Shown: positions 19,814 to 29,797 of the stretch, piece after piece | Numbering within the stretch: position 1 is the stretch's first letter | Layout: each line of letters opens with the position of its first letter | DNA from: an uncultured Acidobacteriota bacterium | GTDB taxonomy: Bacteria > Acidobacteriota > UBA6911 > RPQK01 > JAPXNP01 | Length of the DNA stretch: 64,000 bases | Direction of reading: 5' to 3' | Assembly (NCBI GenBank): GCA_963777605.1 | Contig: CAVZRV010000011.1 | Span: forward strand, 288,001-352,000 | The notes under the pieces: generated by a model | Seen by the model: only the letters and a program-made list of their open reading frames with translations | The model's database searches: none | What the model was told of the DNA's origin: nothing | Position numbers and translations under genes: made by a program

Positions 19814-22546
19814 ATGACATTTCGAACCGGATCAGCCGCAGTCGCGATTACCCTCATCTCCTTGTTCATCCAGGTTGGATGCCAGATGGGTGAAACCGAA
19901 GAGATGACTCCTGAATCTGCGGTCGGAAAAGTCGGGGAGAACACCTACCTCACGCCGACAAACCAGGTCCTGACTCCCGCTGGACGACAGATCGATCTTC
20001 CCGGTCTGCGCCCGCAGGCGCTTGCCCTGAGCCCAGACGAGCGAATCCTGGTGACGTCAGGCAAGAACAACCGCCTGATCGTAATCGATCCGGTAACAGC
20101 CGAGGTCCTGGAGCAGGTTGACATGCCGGGCGAGTCGCTCGAAGCAGCGGAGGCTGCCGGCAAGATCACCGGCGACGGTCAAGCTGAAGAGGATGCTGGC
20201 ACAGACCCTGGGGCCAGACTGAGTCTCACCGGCCTGGTCTTTTCGCCAGACGGAAGCCGAATCTACCTGTCCGACGTGCAGGGGGCCGTGAAGGTCTTTT
20301 CCGTCGACAACAACCATCGGGTAAAAGGACTGGGAACAATCTTACTACCCGAAACCAGCCTGCCGTTGCGCCGTGCTGCAGTTCCGGCAGGGCTCGCGCT
20401 TTCCCCGGACGGGGGACGACTCTACGTTGCCGGCAACCTCAGCAACAGGCTCTTCGAAGTGGACACTGAAGGCGGTGACGTCTTGAGGGAATGGCAGGTT
20501 GGAGTCGCACCATTCGATGTCCTGGTCACCTCCGGGAAAGCTTACGTCTCGAACACCGGAGGAAGGCTTCCGACCGACGGGCCGTCCGCACCGGCCGGAC
20601 GAGGCACCCGTGTGAGGGTCGACCCGGTGCGCTACATCGCGAGCGAGGGGTCTGTTACCGTGATCGACCTGTCATCGGGCGAGGTTACCAAAGAGATCAT
20701 GGTCGGGCTTCATGCATCGGCTTTGGCTGTCTCACCCGACGGCGCCTATGTCGTTGTCGCAAACTCGGGAAGTGACACCCTCAGCGTCATCGACACGCAC
20801 ACCGACCAGGTCGTCGAAAAGATCTGGGCCCGGCAGTCCCCGGCCGACCTTTTCGGGGCCCAGCCCAACGCACTGGCGTTTGATCCCGACGGAGAACGGC
20901 TCTTTGTCTGCAACGGCACCCAGAACGCCGTCGCCGTGATCAAGTTCGAACCCGAGGATCGTGAATCGAGGGTCATCGGATTGATCCCGGTCGGCTGGTT
21001 TCCCGGAGCGGTTCTTTACGATCACGAACTGGAGACCCTCTGCGTCGCCAACCTCAAGGGCTTCGGAGTAAACAAGATCTTCGCTCCCGGAGAGAAGTTC
21101 AAGCTCCGGACGAAAGACTTCTTTGGCACTCTGTCGCTGGTTCCGGTTCCTTCGGTCGATGAACTTGCCCAGCAGAGCCAGCTTGCCCTTCAGAACATGC
21201 GCTACCCCTACCTGGAAGAGGCCCGTCTGCCGGCCCGACCGGGAAGGCCCGCGGTTCCCGTCCCGGAAAGGGTCGGCGAGCCCAGCACGATCAAGTACGT
21301 CGTCTACGTGATCAAGGAAAACCGCAGCTACGACCAGGTGCTGGGAGATGTCGCCGAAGGGAACGGGGATCCCGAACTCTGCACCTTCGGGGAGGAGTAC
21401 ACTCCCAACCAGCACAAGCTGGTCCGTGAATTCGCGCTACTGGACAACACCTATTGTGCCGGGGTGCAGAGTGCGGACGGGCACCAGTGGACCGACAGCG
21501 GAATCGCCAACGAATATATGGAGCGCCAACTCACGGCCGACTACCCTCGAAGCTACCCGGGGGGGAAGTCTGCGGGAGATTCCGACGCGCTCGCCTGGTC
21601 GTCTTCCGGGTTCATCTGGGATCACCTGATCGCACACGGCCTGACCTTTCGCAATTACGGCGAATGGATGCAGTCCGAGTCAGGATGGAGAGACCAGAAA
21701 AAGGCGGGAGACCCGGTCTGGTTCGATTTCTGGGAGGACTTCAGGACCGGTTCGACCCGAACTCGCCTTGCCTGTCGACCGGCTATCGAGTCGCTTCGCG
21801 AGCACAGCAAACTGGACACTACCGGCTTTGACCTGCGCGTCCCCGACGTCATGCGTGCCCGGGTCTTCATCGAGGAACTCCGCGAATTCGAGGCCAAAGG
21901 AACGATGCCCCGGTTCATCCTGGTCTTCCTGCCCAACGATCACACCGGCGGAACCAGGGAGAGTTATCCGACTCCGGGGGCTCAGGTCGCCGACAACGAC
22001 CTCGCCCTGGGGATGATCGTGGAAGCGCTGAGCCACAGCCGGTTCTGGCCCGAAGTCTCCCTTTTCGCCATCGAGGACGACCCCCAGGCGGGATGGGACC
22101 ACGTCAACGGGTACCGGACAACCTGTTACCTGGCCGGACCCTACGTCAAGCGCGGACAGACCGTCAGCACGAACTACAACCAGACCAGCCTGATGCGAAC
22201 GATGGAGCTGATCCTTGGCCTGCCCCCGATGAATCAACTCGACGCAACCGCTTCGCCAATGTTTGACTGTTTTACGGAAAGCGCCGATCTGACCCCGTTC
22301 GACAGCGTTCCAAACCGGGTTCCTTTAGACCAGATCAATCCCGCGCCGGACAAGATCGCGGACCGGATCCTTCGTGAGGATGCCATGGTCTCCGCCAGTC
22401 TTCCCCTCGACAAGGAAGACCAGTGTCCGGAGGACATTTTCAACCGGATCCTCTGGCGGGCAATGAAGGGATCCCGAACTCCCTATCCCGAATGGGCCGT
22501 GGCCAGGTATGAGGAAGACGAAGAGCCCGAGATCTTCAATTTCTGA
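19814..22546 (+). CDS. YncE/YVTN beta-propeller + phosphoesterase (alkaline-phosphatase-like) lipoprotein
   Basis: Lipobox-like VGC; YVTN repeats; YVIKENRSYDQVLGD, SADGHQW, LPNDHT, EDDPQAGWDHV. Confidence 0.88.
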   Translation: MTFRTGSAAVAITLISLFIQVGCQMGETEEMTPESAVGKVGENTYLTPTNQVLTPAGRQIDLPGLRPQALALSPDERILVTSGKNNRLIVIDPVTAEVLEQVDMPGESLEAAEAAGKITGDGQAEEDAGTDPGARLSLTGLVFSPDGSRIYLSDVQGAVKVFSVDNNHRVKGLGTILLPETSLPLRRAAVPAGLALSPDGGRLYVAGNLSNRLFEVDTEGGDVLREWQVGVAPFDVLVTSGKAYVSNTGGRLPTDGPSAPAGRGTRVRVDPVRYIASEGSVTVIDLSSGEVTKEIMVGLHASALAVSPDGAYVVVANSGSDTLSVIDTHTDQVVEKIWARQSPADLFGAQPNALAFDPDGERLFVCNGTQNAVAVIKFEPEDRESRVIGLIPVGWFPGAVLYDHELETLCVANLKGFGVNKIFAPGEKFKLRTKDFFGTLSLVPVPSVDELAQQSQLALQNMRYPYLEEARLPARPGRPAVPVPERVGEPSTIKYVVYVIKENRSYDQVLGDVAEGNGDPELCTFGEEYTPNQHKLVREFALLDNTYCAGVQSADGHQWTDSGIANEYMERQLTADYPRSYPGGKSAGDSDALAWSSSGFIWDHLIAHGLTFRNYGEWMQSESGWRDQKKAGDPVWFDFWEDFRTGSTRTRLACRPAIESLREHSKLDTTGFDLRVPDVMRARVFIEELREFEAKGTMPRFILVFLPNDHTGGTRESYPTPGAQVADNDLALGMIVEALSHSRFWPEVSLFAIEDDPQAGWDHVNGYRTTCYLAGPYVKRGQTVSTNYNQTSLMRTMELILGLPPMNQLDATASPMFDCFTESADLTPFDSVPNRVPLDQINPAPDKIADRILREDAMVSASLPLDKEDQCPEDIFNRILWRAMKGSRTPYPEWAVARYEEDEEPEIFNF

Positions 22547-22707
22547 TCGTGACACTTCGGCGAGCTGAAAATATCGACGCCGTTTGATACACTTCTGGAA
22601 ATATCAATCTCAAGGTTCATCCAACCAATCTTCGAGCTGCAAGAACTTGAGTTCCCGGGTTCCGTCCCGTTGGCTGAATTTCGGCTTTAAATCGCCACAG
22701 GAGGCAG

Positions 22708-23103
22708 TTGATGAAAGACGACGTCGAGGACGAACTCACTCGGATTCTCGATTCCGGACCTGAAATTCCATCCAGGATTCGGGGCCTTCTGGAGAACGTC
22801 GTCCGGGTCCCGGGCAAATGCAGCAGAAAATTGCGCGCGCAGATTCTGATGCGAGCGGCAACTCTTTCGATGGGGAATGCCGGCGCTGAGGTCCCCGGCA
22901 ACATGAAGAAGTACCTCGACAAGGTCACACTGTGGGCATACAAGGTGACTGACGAGGAAGTCGATGCACTTCGAGAAGCAGGTCACTCCGACGACGAAAT
23001 TTTCGAGATCACTATTTGCGCGGCTCTCGGTTCAGGATTTGCACGCTACCAAGCTGGCCTGGCTGCCGTAGAGGAGGTATTGAAACATGAGGATACCGTT
23101 TAG
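22708..23103 (+). CDS. Small AhpD/CMD-like helical protein without CxxC
   Basis: GGAGG SD; YLDKV..AYKVTDEEVDALREAGHSDDEIFEITICAA; overlaps the next gene by 17 nt. Confidence 0.7.
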   Translation: MMKDDVEDELTRILDSGPEIPSRIRGLLENVVRVPGKCSRKLRAQILMRAATLSMGNAGAEVPGNMKKYLDKVTLWAYKVTDEEVDALREAGHSDDEIFEITICAALGSGFARYQAGLAAVEEVLKHEDTV

Positions 23104-23683
23104 AAAACGATTGGGCCGAATCCAGAAACTGAGTCTGGCATTCTGGAATGCGATCATCGGCGACATTCCGGGGCCGATGCTGGTGGTCTCGTATCGGAAG
23201 GAATTCTTCGGTGACTACTGGGCGCCCTGCATGCAGGAAGGGATGCGACGCGCTCGGCACTGGACCAGGGGCGAGGTCGAGTTGTTCGCGGCTTTTACGT
23301 CCCGGGTGAACTCCTGTGCTTATTGAACTTCGGCGCACGCCGCAGTTGCGGTGAGAGGGCTCGATCCCGAAGTAGTTCAAGCAGTCCTAAGCGACTGGAA
23401 ATCAGCTCCAATTGACGGCCGCCTGAGAGCCGCGCTCGCGTTTCTGGAGCGGGTGACCCTGGAACCCACCCAGCTTTCCGATCCGTCTCTCATCAAAGCA
23501 ATGCTGAACCAGGGAATCCTTGAAGAAGGCGTTCGGGAGTTGCTCTACGTCTGCTTCCTCTTCAACGTCCTCGACCGCCTGGCTGACGCCTGGGACTTCG
23601 ACCTACCCACCGGAAAGAGTGCCCGTCGGATCGGTTTTCTGGCCCACCGACTCGGGTATGGAATCGCCCGCCTTCCCGGGTGA
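23087..23683 (+). CDS. AhpD/carboxymuconolactone-decarboxylase-family peroxidase-related protein, probable selenoprotein (CxxU)
   Basis: The track ORFs 23087-23326 and 23351-23683 are in frame. Read-through gives ELFAAFTSRVNSCAY-U-TSAHAAVA, so TGA sits at the second Cys of the ExxxxxxSxxNxCxxCxxxH motif. Confidence 0.85.
23338..23353 (+). promoter_or_regulatory. Candidate bacterial SECIS hairpin
   Basis: CGCCGC-AGTT-GCGGTG stem-loop starts 11 nt after the in-frame TGA (23324-23326), with GU in the apical loop. Confidence 0.65.
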
Positions 23684-23687
23684 ATAC

Positions 23688-24002
23688 TCAGGGCACGGAC
23701 TCCCGGGACCGCCTTCGGGCATCGAGAGCCTCCTGTTTTCCGGCAACCCGGGGACGGGACCTCCGATCCAGAATCATCGCCAGAACAGGCACCAGGATCA
23801 TCCCTCCGGGAAGCGCAAAAAGTCCGATTACCGGGAGAGATTTTCCCAACGCCTTGAGGTGTCGCCGGAGGGCAACTCTGTCTTCGGCAGTCCAGTCGTT
23901 GCGGTTTCGTCGTTTCATGAGCAAGGCGACGAACCCCTCCAGGTGCTCCGCTTCCGCGTAGACCATTGTTCGAAATCGATTCAGGATTCTTCTCGGACGC
24001 AA
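23688..24002 (-). CDS. Small hypothetical membrane protein
   Basis: 104 aa; LLMK.RN..WT.ED...LFALPGGMILVPVLA, one TM hairpin. Confidence 0.6.
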   Translation of the reverse strand: MRPRRILNRFRTMVYAEAEHLEGFVALLMKRRNRNDWTAEDRVALRRHLKALGKSLPVIGLFALPGGMILVPVLAMILDRRSRPRVAGKQEALDARRRSRESVP

Positions 24003-24044
24003 GCAGGCATGTCCTATCCGCGTTTCCTCAACGGACTCGCTGTT

Positions 24045-24434
24045 CTACTTGAGAGCGGACCTGAGGTTCGAATCCACGTTCAGGATATGTTCCGCCACCC
24101 AGCCGCTCATGATCTGGAAGACCCGTTCTGCCAGTTCCCTCACCGTCTGGCTGGTTCTCAGTACCGAGTTCAGCTCCCGAATGATCTCCTGGTGCAACGC
24201 ACGGTGCTCCGCCAGGCTGGAAAAGCCGCTCTTTTCCATCAACTCCTCCTCAGTAGTGAAATGGTAGTCAACATAGGCATAGAGCTTAAAGAGCAGATCC
24301 CGCAACTCCTCCTTGTTGGGACTGTCTTTGAGACTGGCCGCCCGTCTGGCGAGACTGAAAAGGTGCTTGTGCTGCGTGTCGATCGTCAGGTCGCCTATGG
24401 CATATTGAGGATTCCATTCTAAACCCGAGGGCAT
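24045..24434 (-). CDS. Single-domain bacteriohemerythrin
   Basis: W...Y.IG...IDTQHKHL, YHFTTEE, EHRALH, HILNVD: the di-iron ligands are present; AGAGGAG SD. Confidence 0.9.
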   Translation of the reverse strand: MPSGLEWNPQYAIGDLTIDTQHKHLFSLARRAASLKDSPNKEELRDLLFKLYAYVDYHFTTEEELMEKSGFSSLAEHRALHQEIIRELNSVLRTSQTVRELAERVFQIMSGWVAEHILNVDSNLRSALK

Positions 24435-24761
24435 CTGGATTTCTCCTCTCTTACTTCCCAAACACTCACTCCAATTCACGAAAAATCGCTGAAAAGACCA
24501 ACCAAAACTCACCGTCCCGAGTCAAAGAAGATACGGGCACAGGAGATCCGAGGGACATGTCTACTTCCCCTCCCAGAAAAGAGTGTTCGAAAGGAGAATG
24601 TCGGGATGGCGCTAAACCAATCATTCCAGTTTTTCGTTGCTCACAGTGCGAATTAAAGAAACTCAAAAGACCGGAGATCCGCTGTGACAGCATTCCCGAA
24701 TTCGTGAGTCCAATCTAAGTATCGGTACCCGGACCGGGATCCATGAGAGGAGATTCAAAAT

Positions 24762-26033
24762 ATGCAGCAGGACGGAGCCTCGATGGACCGGGCAGTAGCC
24801 AGGTCCGGAAGATGGCTTGCGCGGCTGGTGATCCTTGGGATAGTCGTTGTTTTGGTCACCTGCGGCTACCTGTTCTTCCCCAATATGAGCCGCTGGGTGT
24901 CCGCGGACCGGTCGATCGAAGCAGACCGCTTGCGGATCGGAACGGTCACTCGCGGAGACCTGGTCCGGGAAGTCTCGGTTCAGGGAAAGATCGTCGCAGC
25001 CGATCAACCCACGCTCGTCAGTCCTGCACAGGGGGTCGTCTCTTTCACAGTAAAAGCCGGCGACGTGGTCCAAAAGGGGACTCCACTTGCCGGTGTCGAG
25101 AGCCCCGAACTCCAGAACAGCCTCGAGCAGGAGCGCTCCAAGCTGCTCTCCGAAAGGGCCGAACTCGATCGAACGCGGATCGCGAACCGCCAAATTCAGC
25201 TCCAGGATGAGCAGGAGATTGCCCTTCTCGAGGTTGAGCTCCGGGCCGGCCAACGCGCCATGGAACGGGCCAGGGCCCTGTACGAAGAAGGACTGGGCAG
25301 TTCGATGGACTACCAGAAGAGCCTCGACGAGCTGGAGGTGGCCCAACTCGAGCTCAATCATGCCCGGGAAAAGACGAAACTGGCCCAGGAAACCATGCAG
25401 TTCGAGGTCAAGACCAAAGAATTGGAGTTCCAGCGTCAACAACTGGCAGTAACGGATCTGGAACGAAAGGTGGCTCAACTGCAGGTGGTTTCCCCGGTGA
25501 GTGGAATGATTTCCCGGATCGAGATCAAGGACAAGGACACGGTTCAGCCCAATCAACCGCTGTTCCGGGTCGTCGACCTGTCTCGTTTCGAGGTCGAAAT
25601 CCTGGTCCCCGAGAACTATGCCGACGAAATCGGGCTGGAAACGGAGGCTGTTATTTCCTATGAAGGGCGCGAGTTTCAGGGCCGGGTCAAGTCCCTGTCC
25701 CCGGAAGTCGAAAACAGTCAGTTTAGAGCGATCGTGACCTTCTCCGACACCGCCCCCGAGAACCTCAAGCAAAATCAGAGAGTCAATACTCGCCTGGTGA
25801 TGGACCGCATTCCCGGAACGCTCAAGGTGGCTCGGGGTCCCTTTCTCGAAAGCATGGGAGGACGACAGGCCTACCTTGTCCGGGACGGGGTAGCCGTGCT
25901 GAGACCCATCACGGTCGGAGCATTGAGCTTGACCGAAGTCGAAGTCACCTCCGGCCTTGAACCCGGCGACGAAATCGTGCTGTCGGATCTGAGCCGCTTT
26001 GACGGGGTGGAGAAGCTACTGCTGATTCAGTAA
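24762..26033 (+). CDS. Membrane-fusion (HlyD/MacA-like) adaptor of an ABC exporter
   Basis: N-terminal TM, lipoyl halves (VSPAQGVV, VKAGDVV; VSPVSG), long coiled coil, SGLEPGDEIV. Confidence 0.88.
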   Translation: MQQDGASMDRAVARSGRWLARLVILGIVVVLVTCGYLFFPNMSRWVSADRSIEADRLRIGTVTRGDLVREVSVQGKIVAADQPTLVSPAQGVVSFTVKAGDVVQKGTPLAGVESPELQNSLEQERSKLLSERAELDRTRIANRQIQLQDEQEIALLEVELRAGQRAMERARALYEEGLGSSMDYQKSLDELEVAQLELNHAREKTKLAQETMQFEVKTKELEFQRQQLAVTDLERKVAQLQVVSPVSGMISRIEIKDKDTVQPNQPLFRVVDLSRFEVEILVPENYADEIGLETEAVISYEGREFQGRVKSLSPEVENSQFRAIVTFSDTAPENLKQNQRVNTRLVMDRIPGTLKVARGPFLESMGGRQAYLVRDGVAVLRPITVGALSLTEVEVTSGLEPGDEIVLSDLSRFDGVEKLLLIQ

Positions 26034-26051
26034 TCGGAAGGACTGCGCGCA

Positions 26052-26762
26052 ATGCTGAAAATGGAAAGAGTCACCAAGAAATACCGTGCCGACTCGGTCG
26101 AGACCAGAGCACTGGATGAAATTGACATCGAAGTCGAGGAAGGTGAATTCGTCGCACTGATGGGCCCCTCGGGCTGCGGGAAGACAACTTTCCTGAACAT
26201 AGCAGGGCTGCTCGACAGCTTTGACAGCGGCACCTACCGGCTCGATCGCCTCGATGTTTCAAGCCTGAGCGATTCCCATATGTCGCGGATTCGGAACGAG
26301 AAGATCGGCTTCGTCTTCCAGAGCTTCAATCTGATCCCCGATCTCGACGTCTACGACAACATCGACGTCCCCCTCCGGTACCGAGGGATGCCGGCAGCCG
26401 AACGGAGGCAGGCGATCGACTCAGCGATCGACCGCGTGGGACTGTCCGCCCGTAAAAAGCACCTCCCTTCACAGTTGTCAGGAGGCCAGCAGCAGCGGGT
26501 GGCCATCGCCCGCGCATTAGTGGGACGGCCCAGACTGATCCTCGCCGATGAGCCGACCGGGAACCTGGACTCTCAAATGGCCGCTGAGATCCTGGGACTG
26601 CTCCAGGAGATCAACGATGAAGGAGCAACAATTGTCATGGTCACCCACGACGCATCGATCGCCAGGCAAGCCGCACGCCTGATTCACATCAGGGACGGGC
26701 GAGTCAAGAGTGACGATGCCAACGGCGTCACCCAGCTGGCGGTCGGAGCAGCAAACCGCTGA
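26052..26762 (+). CDS. ABC transporter ATP-binding protein (MacB/LolD type)
   Basis: [31 protein letters not shown]. Confidence 0.95.
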   Translation: MLKMERVTKKYRADSVETRALDEIDIEVEEGEFVALMGPSGCGKTTFLNIAGLLDSFDSGTYRLDRLDVSSLSDSHMSRIRNEKIGFVFQSFNLIPDLDVYDNIDVPLRYRGMPAAERRQAIDSAIDRVGLSARKKHLPSQLSGGQQQRVAIARALVGRPRLILADEPTGNLDSQMAAEILGLLQEINDEGATIVMVTHDASIARQAARLIHIRDGRVKSDDANGVTQLAVGAANR

Positions 26763-26787
26763 ATCTGCCTTTCGGGAGGAAGAGCCA

Positions 26788-28101
26788 ATGCTGTTATATC
26801 TAGTCCGAATGGCACTCAAAAGCCTCAAGCGCAACCCCGTCCTGTCCACATTGATCATCGGCGGGATCGGACTCGGGATCGGCGTTTCGACGACCTTTAT
26901 CACCGCTCACTACGTTCTCTCTCAGAACCCGATTCCCGAGAAGAGCGATCGTCTCTACTACGTCGAAATGGACAGTTGGGACCCCAACCGGGGCTGGAGC
27001 GACGAGGATCCAACGGCCGTTCCAACCCAGATCACCTACCGCGACATGGTCGCCGTCATGACGTCAAAGATTCCGACTTACCAGGGAGGCAGTTTCAAGG
27101 CGTTACTCTACCTGCATCCGGACCCCAAGATCGGACGCCCGTTCAAGGCGATTTCCAGGATGTGCTTTTCCGACTTTTTTCACCTGTTCGACGTACCGTT
27201 CCAATACGGCTCAGGGTGGGACAGATCTGCGGATCGAGGCCCGGATCCGGTGGTCGTGCTCAGTCACGACACCAACCAGAAAATCTTCGGAGGCGAGGAC
27301 AGTGTCGGTCGCATGGTCAGAATCGAAGATCGTGAGTTTCGCGTGGTAGGGGTTCTCAAGCCCTGGCGCCCCCTTCCAAAGTTCTACGACCCGCACAACG
27401 GGGCCTTCCAGAAACCCGAGGACATCTACCTCCCGTTCGATCTCTTCCGGCCACTCCAACTCCACAGTGCGGGCAACACCTCCAACTGGAAGGACTTCGA
27501 CTGGGACGATTTCGACGCCTTCCTGGCCTCGGAAGCGGTCTGGATCCAGTTCTGGGTTCAACTCGATTCTCGGACCCAGAAGGAGGACTACAAAAACTTC
27601 CTCGATGCGTACGTTGGGGAGCAGAAGAAACTCGGACGGATGGAGCGGCCGACCAACAACAAGCTGCTCGACGTGCAGGCCTGGCTGGAAGACAGGAGGG
27701 TCGTGCCGGACGAAACGGTGAGCCTCATGGCCATCTCTATCCTCTTTCTCCTGGTTTGCGCCCTCAACCTGATCGGAATCCTGCTCGGAAAGTTCCTGGC
27801 GCGCGCGCCCGAGGTAAGCGTCCGCAGGGCCCTGGGTGCAAGCCGGCGAGCGATCTTCGTCCAATACGTCATCGAATGCGAAACGATCGGCCTGCTCGGA
27901 GGAATACTCGGAGTCGGGTTCTCACTGGTCGGCCTGGAGGCAGTCAACCGGCTCTTCACGGTCGATTTCCAATTTCAACTGGACCAGAAAATGTTGATCG
28001 TCGTGGTGCTGCTGTCGCTCGTGGCGGGACTGGTGGCAGGGATCTACCCCGCCTGGAGAGTCTGTTCAATTCCGCCGGCGGTTTATCTCAGGGAGCGGTG
28101 A
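26788..28101 (+). CDS. ABC transporter permease (MacB_PCD/FtsX)
   Basis: MALKSLKRNP, periplasmic domain, EVSVRRALGASR, GIYPAWR. Confidence 0.9.
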   Translation: MLLYLVRMALKSLKRNPVLSTLIIGGIGLGIGVSTTFITAHYVLSQNPIPEKSDRLYYVEMDSWDPNRGWSDEDPTAVPTQITYRDMVAVMTSKIPTYQGGSFKALLYLHPDPKIGRPFKAISRMCFSDFFHLFDVPFQYGSGWDRSADRGPDPVVVLSHDTNQKIFGGEDSVGRMVRIEDREFRVVGVLKPWRPLPKFYDPHNGAFQKPEDIYLPFDLFRPLQLHSAGNTSNWKDFDWDDFDAFLASEAVWIQFWVQLDSRTQKEDYKNFLDAYVGEQKKLGRMERPTNNKLLDVQAWLEDRRVVPDETVSLMAISILFLLVCALNLIGILLGKFLARAPEVSVRRALGASRRAIFVQYVIECETIGLLGGILGVGFSLVGLEAVNRLFTVDFQFQLDQKMLIVVVLLSLVAGLVAGIYPAWRVCSIPPAVYLRER

Positions 28102-28166
28102 CCTGACTGGTGACCGGTTCGTCCCCTACGGACGGATCACGCAGGTTAACGAAGCGAGGAGTTGTG

Positions 28167-29369
28167 ATGGAACTCGGACCCATTTTCAAGGCGCTGTCGC
28201 GAAACAAGACGAGGTTCGTCCTCATCAGCCTGGAGGTCTCTCTCACTCTGGCAATCGTGGTCAACTGCATCAACATGGTCCTGGATCTGAGGCATCAAAT
28301 GAACCGACCGACCGGGCTCGACGAGGCCGGGATCATAGCGGTCACAAGTCACCCCTTTGCCGAGGATTTCAAAGAAGATGGATACTTTGAGAACGCCCGT
28401 AAGGCGGACCTCAAGTTGCTCCGGAGTCTTCCTGGTGTCAGGGCCGCCGACGCCTTCAGCGCGATACCGCTGAGCGGCTCGGGCAGTTCGACGGGCTACA
28501 AGCCTCTCGGCTCGGAAATGGATACCGTCAGCGTCGGCACATTCGTGTCGGGGCCTTCCGCGATTGATGCTCTCGGAGTTGAACTGGCTGCAGGCAGAAA
28601 CCTCACCGAAGACGACATCAACGACTCGGAGTCCCGAAACGTTCTGGTCACGCGCGCCTTGGCCGATCGACTCTTCCCCGACGGAGATGCCCTTGGGAAG
28701 CAGGTCCAGGGAAGGACCCCGGACAACCCGAGAACCATCGTCGGGATCATTGAGCAAATGCAGGGCTCATGGCCGCACTGGGACAACATCGAGTTCGTCG
28801 CGATCACTCCGGGCCAGCCGGGCGGATTCAACTGGGGCGTGCGCTACCTGGTTCGGGTTGAGCCGGCCCTGGTATCGGAATCGGTCCGTGAAATCGAGGA
28901 ACGACTCCTGTCCCTCAACGACGGACGCAACCTGACCATCGAAACGTTGGCGGACATCAAAGCGAGCAGCTACGAGGACGACCTGGCTGTCATGAAGATG
29001 CTCAGCACGCTGGCGGTCCTCCTTGTACTCGTCACCTCGCTGGGAATCATCGGGATGACCTCGTCGTCGGTGACCGAGAGGATGCATCACATCGGAACCC
29101 GCCGGGCCCTCGGCGCACGCCGAGTGGATATCCTCCGCTACTTCCTGACCGAGAACTGGATCATCACCGGTGTCGGAGCACTGGCAGGGGTAGTGTTGGC
29201 CTTCGGCCTGAACTACGCACTGGTTCGCTGGGTCGAGGGGGTCGCCCTCGACTGGGTGATCGTCGCACTCGGTGTCGCCGGGATGTGCCTCGTCGGTCAA
29301 CTTGCGACGCTGGTTCCGGCCTGGCGCGGGGCACAGATTTCCCCTGCTATCGCAACCCGCAATCTTTGA
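28167..29369 (+). CDS. ABC transporter permease (MacB_PCD/FtsX)
   Basis: MELGPIFKAL, IGTRRALGARR, PAWRGAQISPAIATR. Confidence 0.9.
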   Translation: MELGPIFKALSRNKTRFVLISLEVSLTLAIVVNCINMVLDLRHQMNRPTGLDEAGIIAVTSHPFAEDFKEDGYFENARKADLKLLRSLPGVRAADAFSAIPLSGSGSSTGYKPLGSEMDTVSVGTFVSGPSAIDALGVELAAGRNLTEDDINDSESRNVLVTRALADRLFPDGDALGKQVQGRTPDNPRTIVGIIEQMQGSWPHWDNIEFVAITPGQPGGFNWGVRYLVRVEPALVSESVREIEERLLSLNDGRNLTIETLADIKASSYEDDLAVMKMLSTLAVLLVLVTSLGIIGMTSSSVTERMHHIGTRRALGARRVDILRYFLTENWIITGVGALAGVVLAFGLNYALVRWVEGVALDWVIVALGVAGMCLVGQLATLVPAWRGAQISPAIATRNL

Positions 29370-29378
29370 GCCGTCGAG

Positions 29379-29657
29379 TTAGCTTCCCAGGGGAGGACCG
29401 GGAGGAATCCGGGGTCCGCCCTGCACCTGGCGCCGCAGGGACTCCAACTCCTGGAGAACAGGCCATTTTCCGAACGCCAGCACGCAAAGCATGACGATGT
29501 TGGCAATCGGGACAACCATGAGCAGCCCGAAAGGCCCACCGTAGCCGGCTTTGTCGAAAATCTTCCACCAGATCAGCAGCGCAAGCGCGATGAAGAGGAG
29601 AATGAAGCTGCATCCAAATACACCACCAACCAGTCCGAGAATGTCCTCATTTCTCAA
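29379..29657 (-). CDS. Small membrane protein
   Basis: 92 aa; WWKIFDKAGY.G...L.VPIAN...LAFGKWP; GGGAG SD before TTG. Confidence 0.7.
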   Translation of the reverse strand: MRNEDILGLVGGVFGCSFILLFIALALLIWWKIFDKAGYGGPFGLLMVVPIANIVMLCVLAFGKWPVLQELESLRRQVQGGPRIPPGPPLGS

Positions 29658-29797
29658 TGGCTAACTCCCATTCCTCTGTGGGTTACAGTCTCCCGCCCGG
29701 AAGCAGGGTGAGTCGATGGCTTCAGATGATACCAGCGGGGGCTGAGACTTCGCAGTTTTATGAGCCCAGAGGAAACTCTACCCCGGAAGGAGTTCGC

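Noticed and set aside
23324-23326. Alternative genetic code (TGA as Trp/Gly, or TAA read-through)
   Set aside because: TGA ends most genes here and TAA ends others (e.g. 26031-26033); only this TGA aligns with a catalytic Cys and a SECIS-like hairpin.
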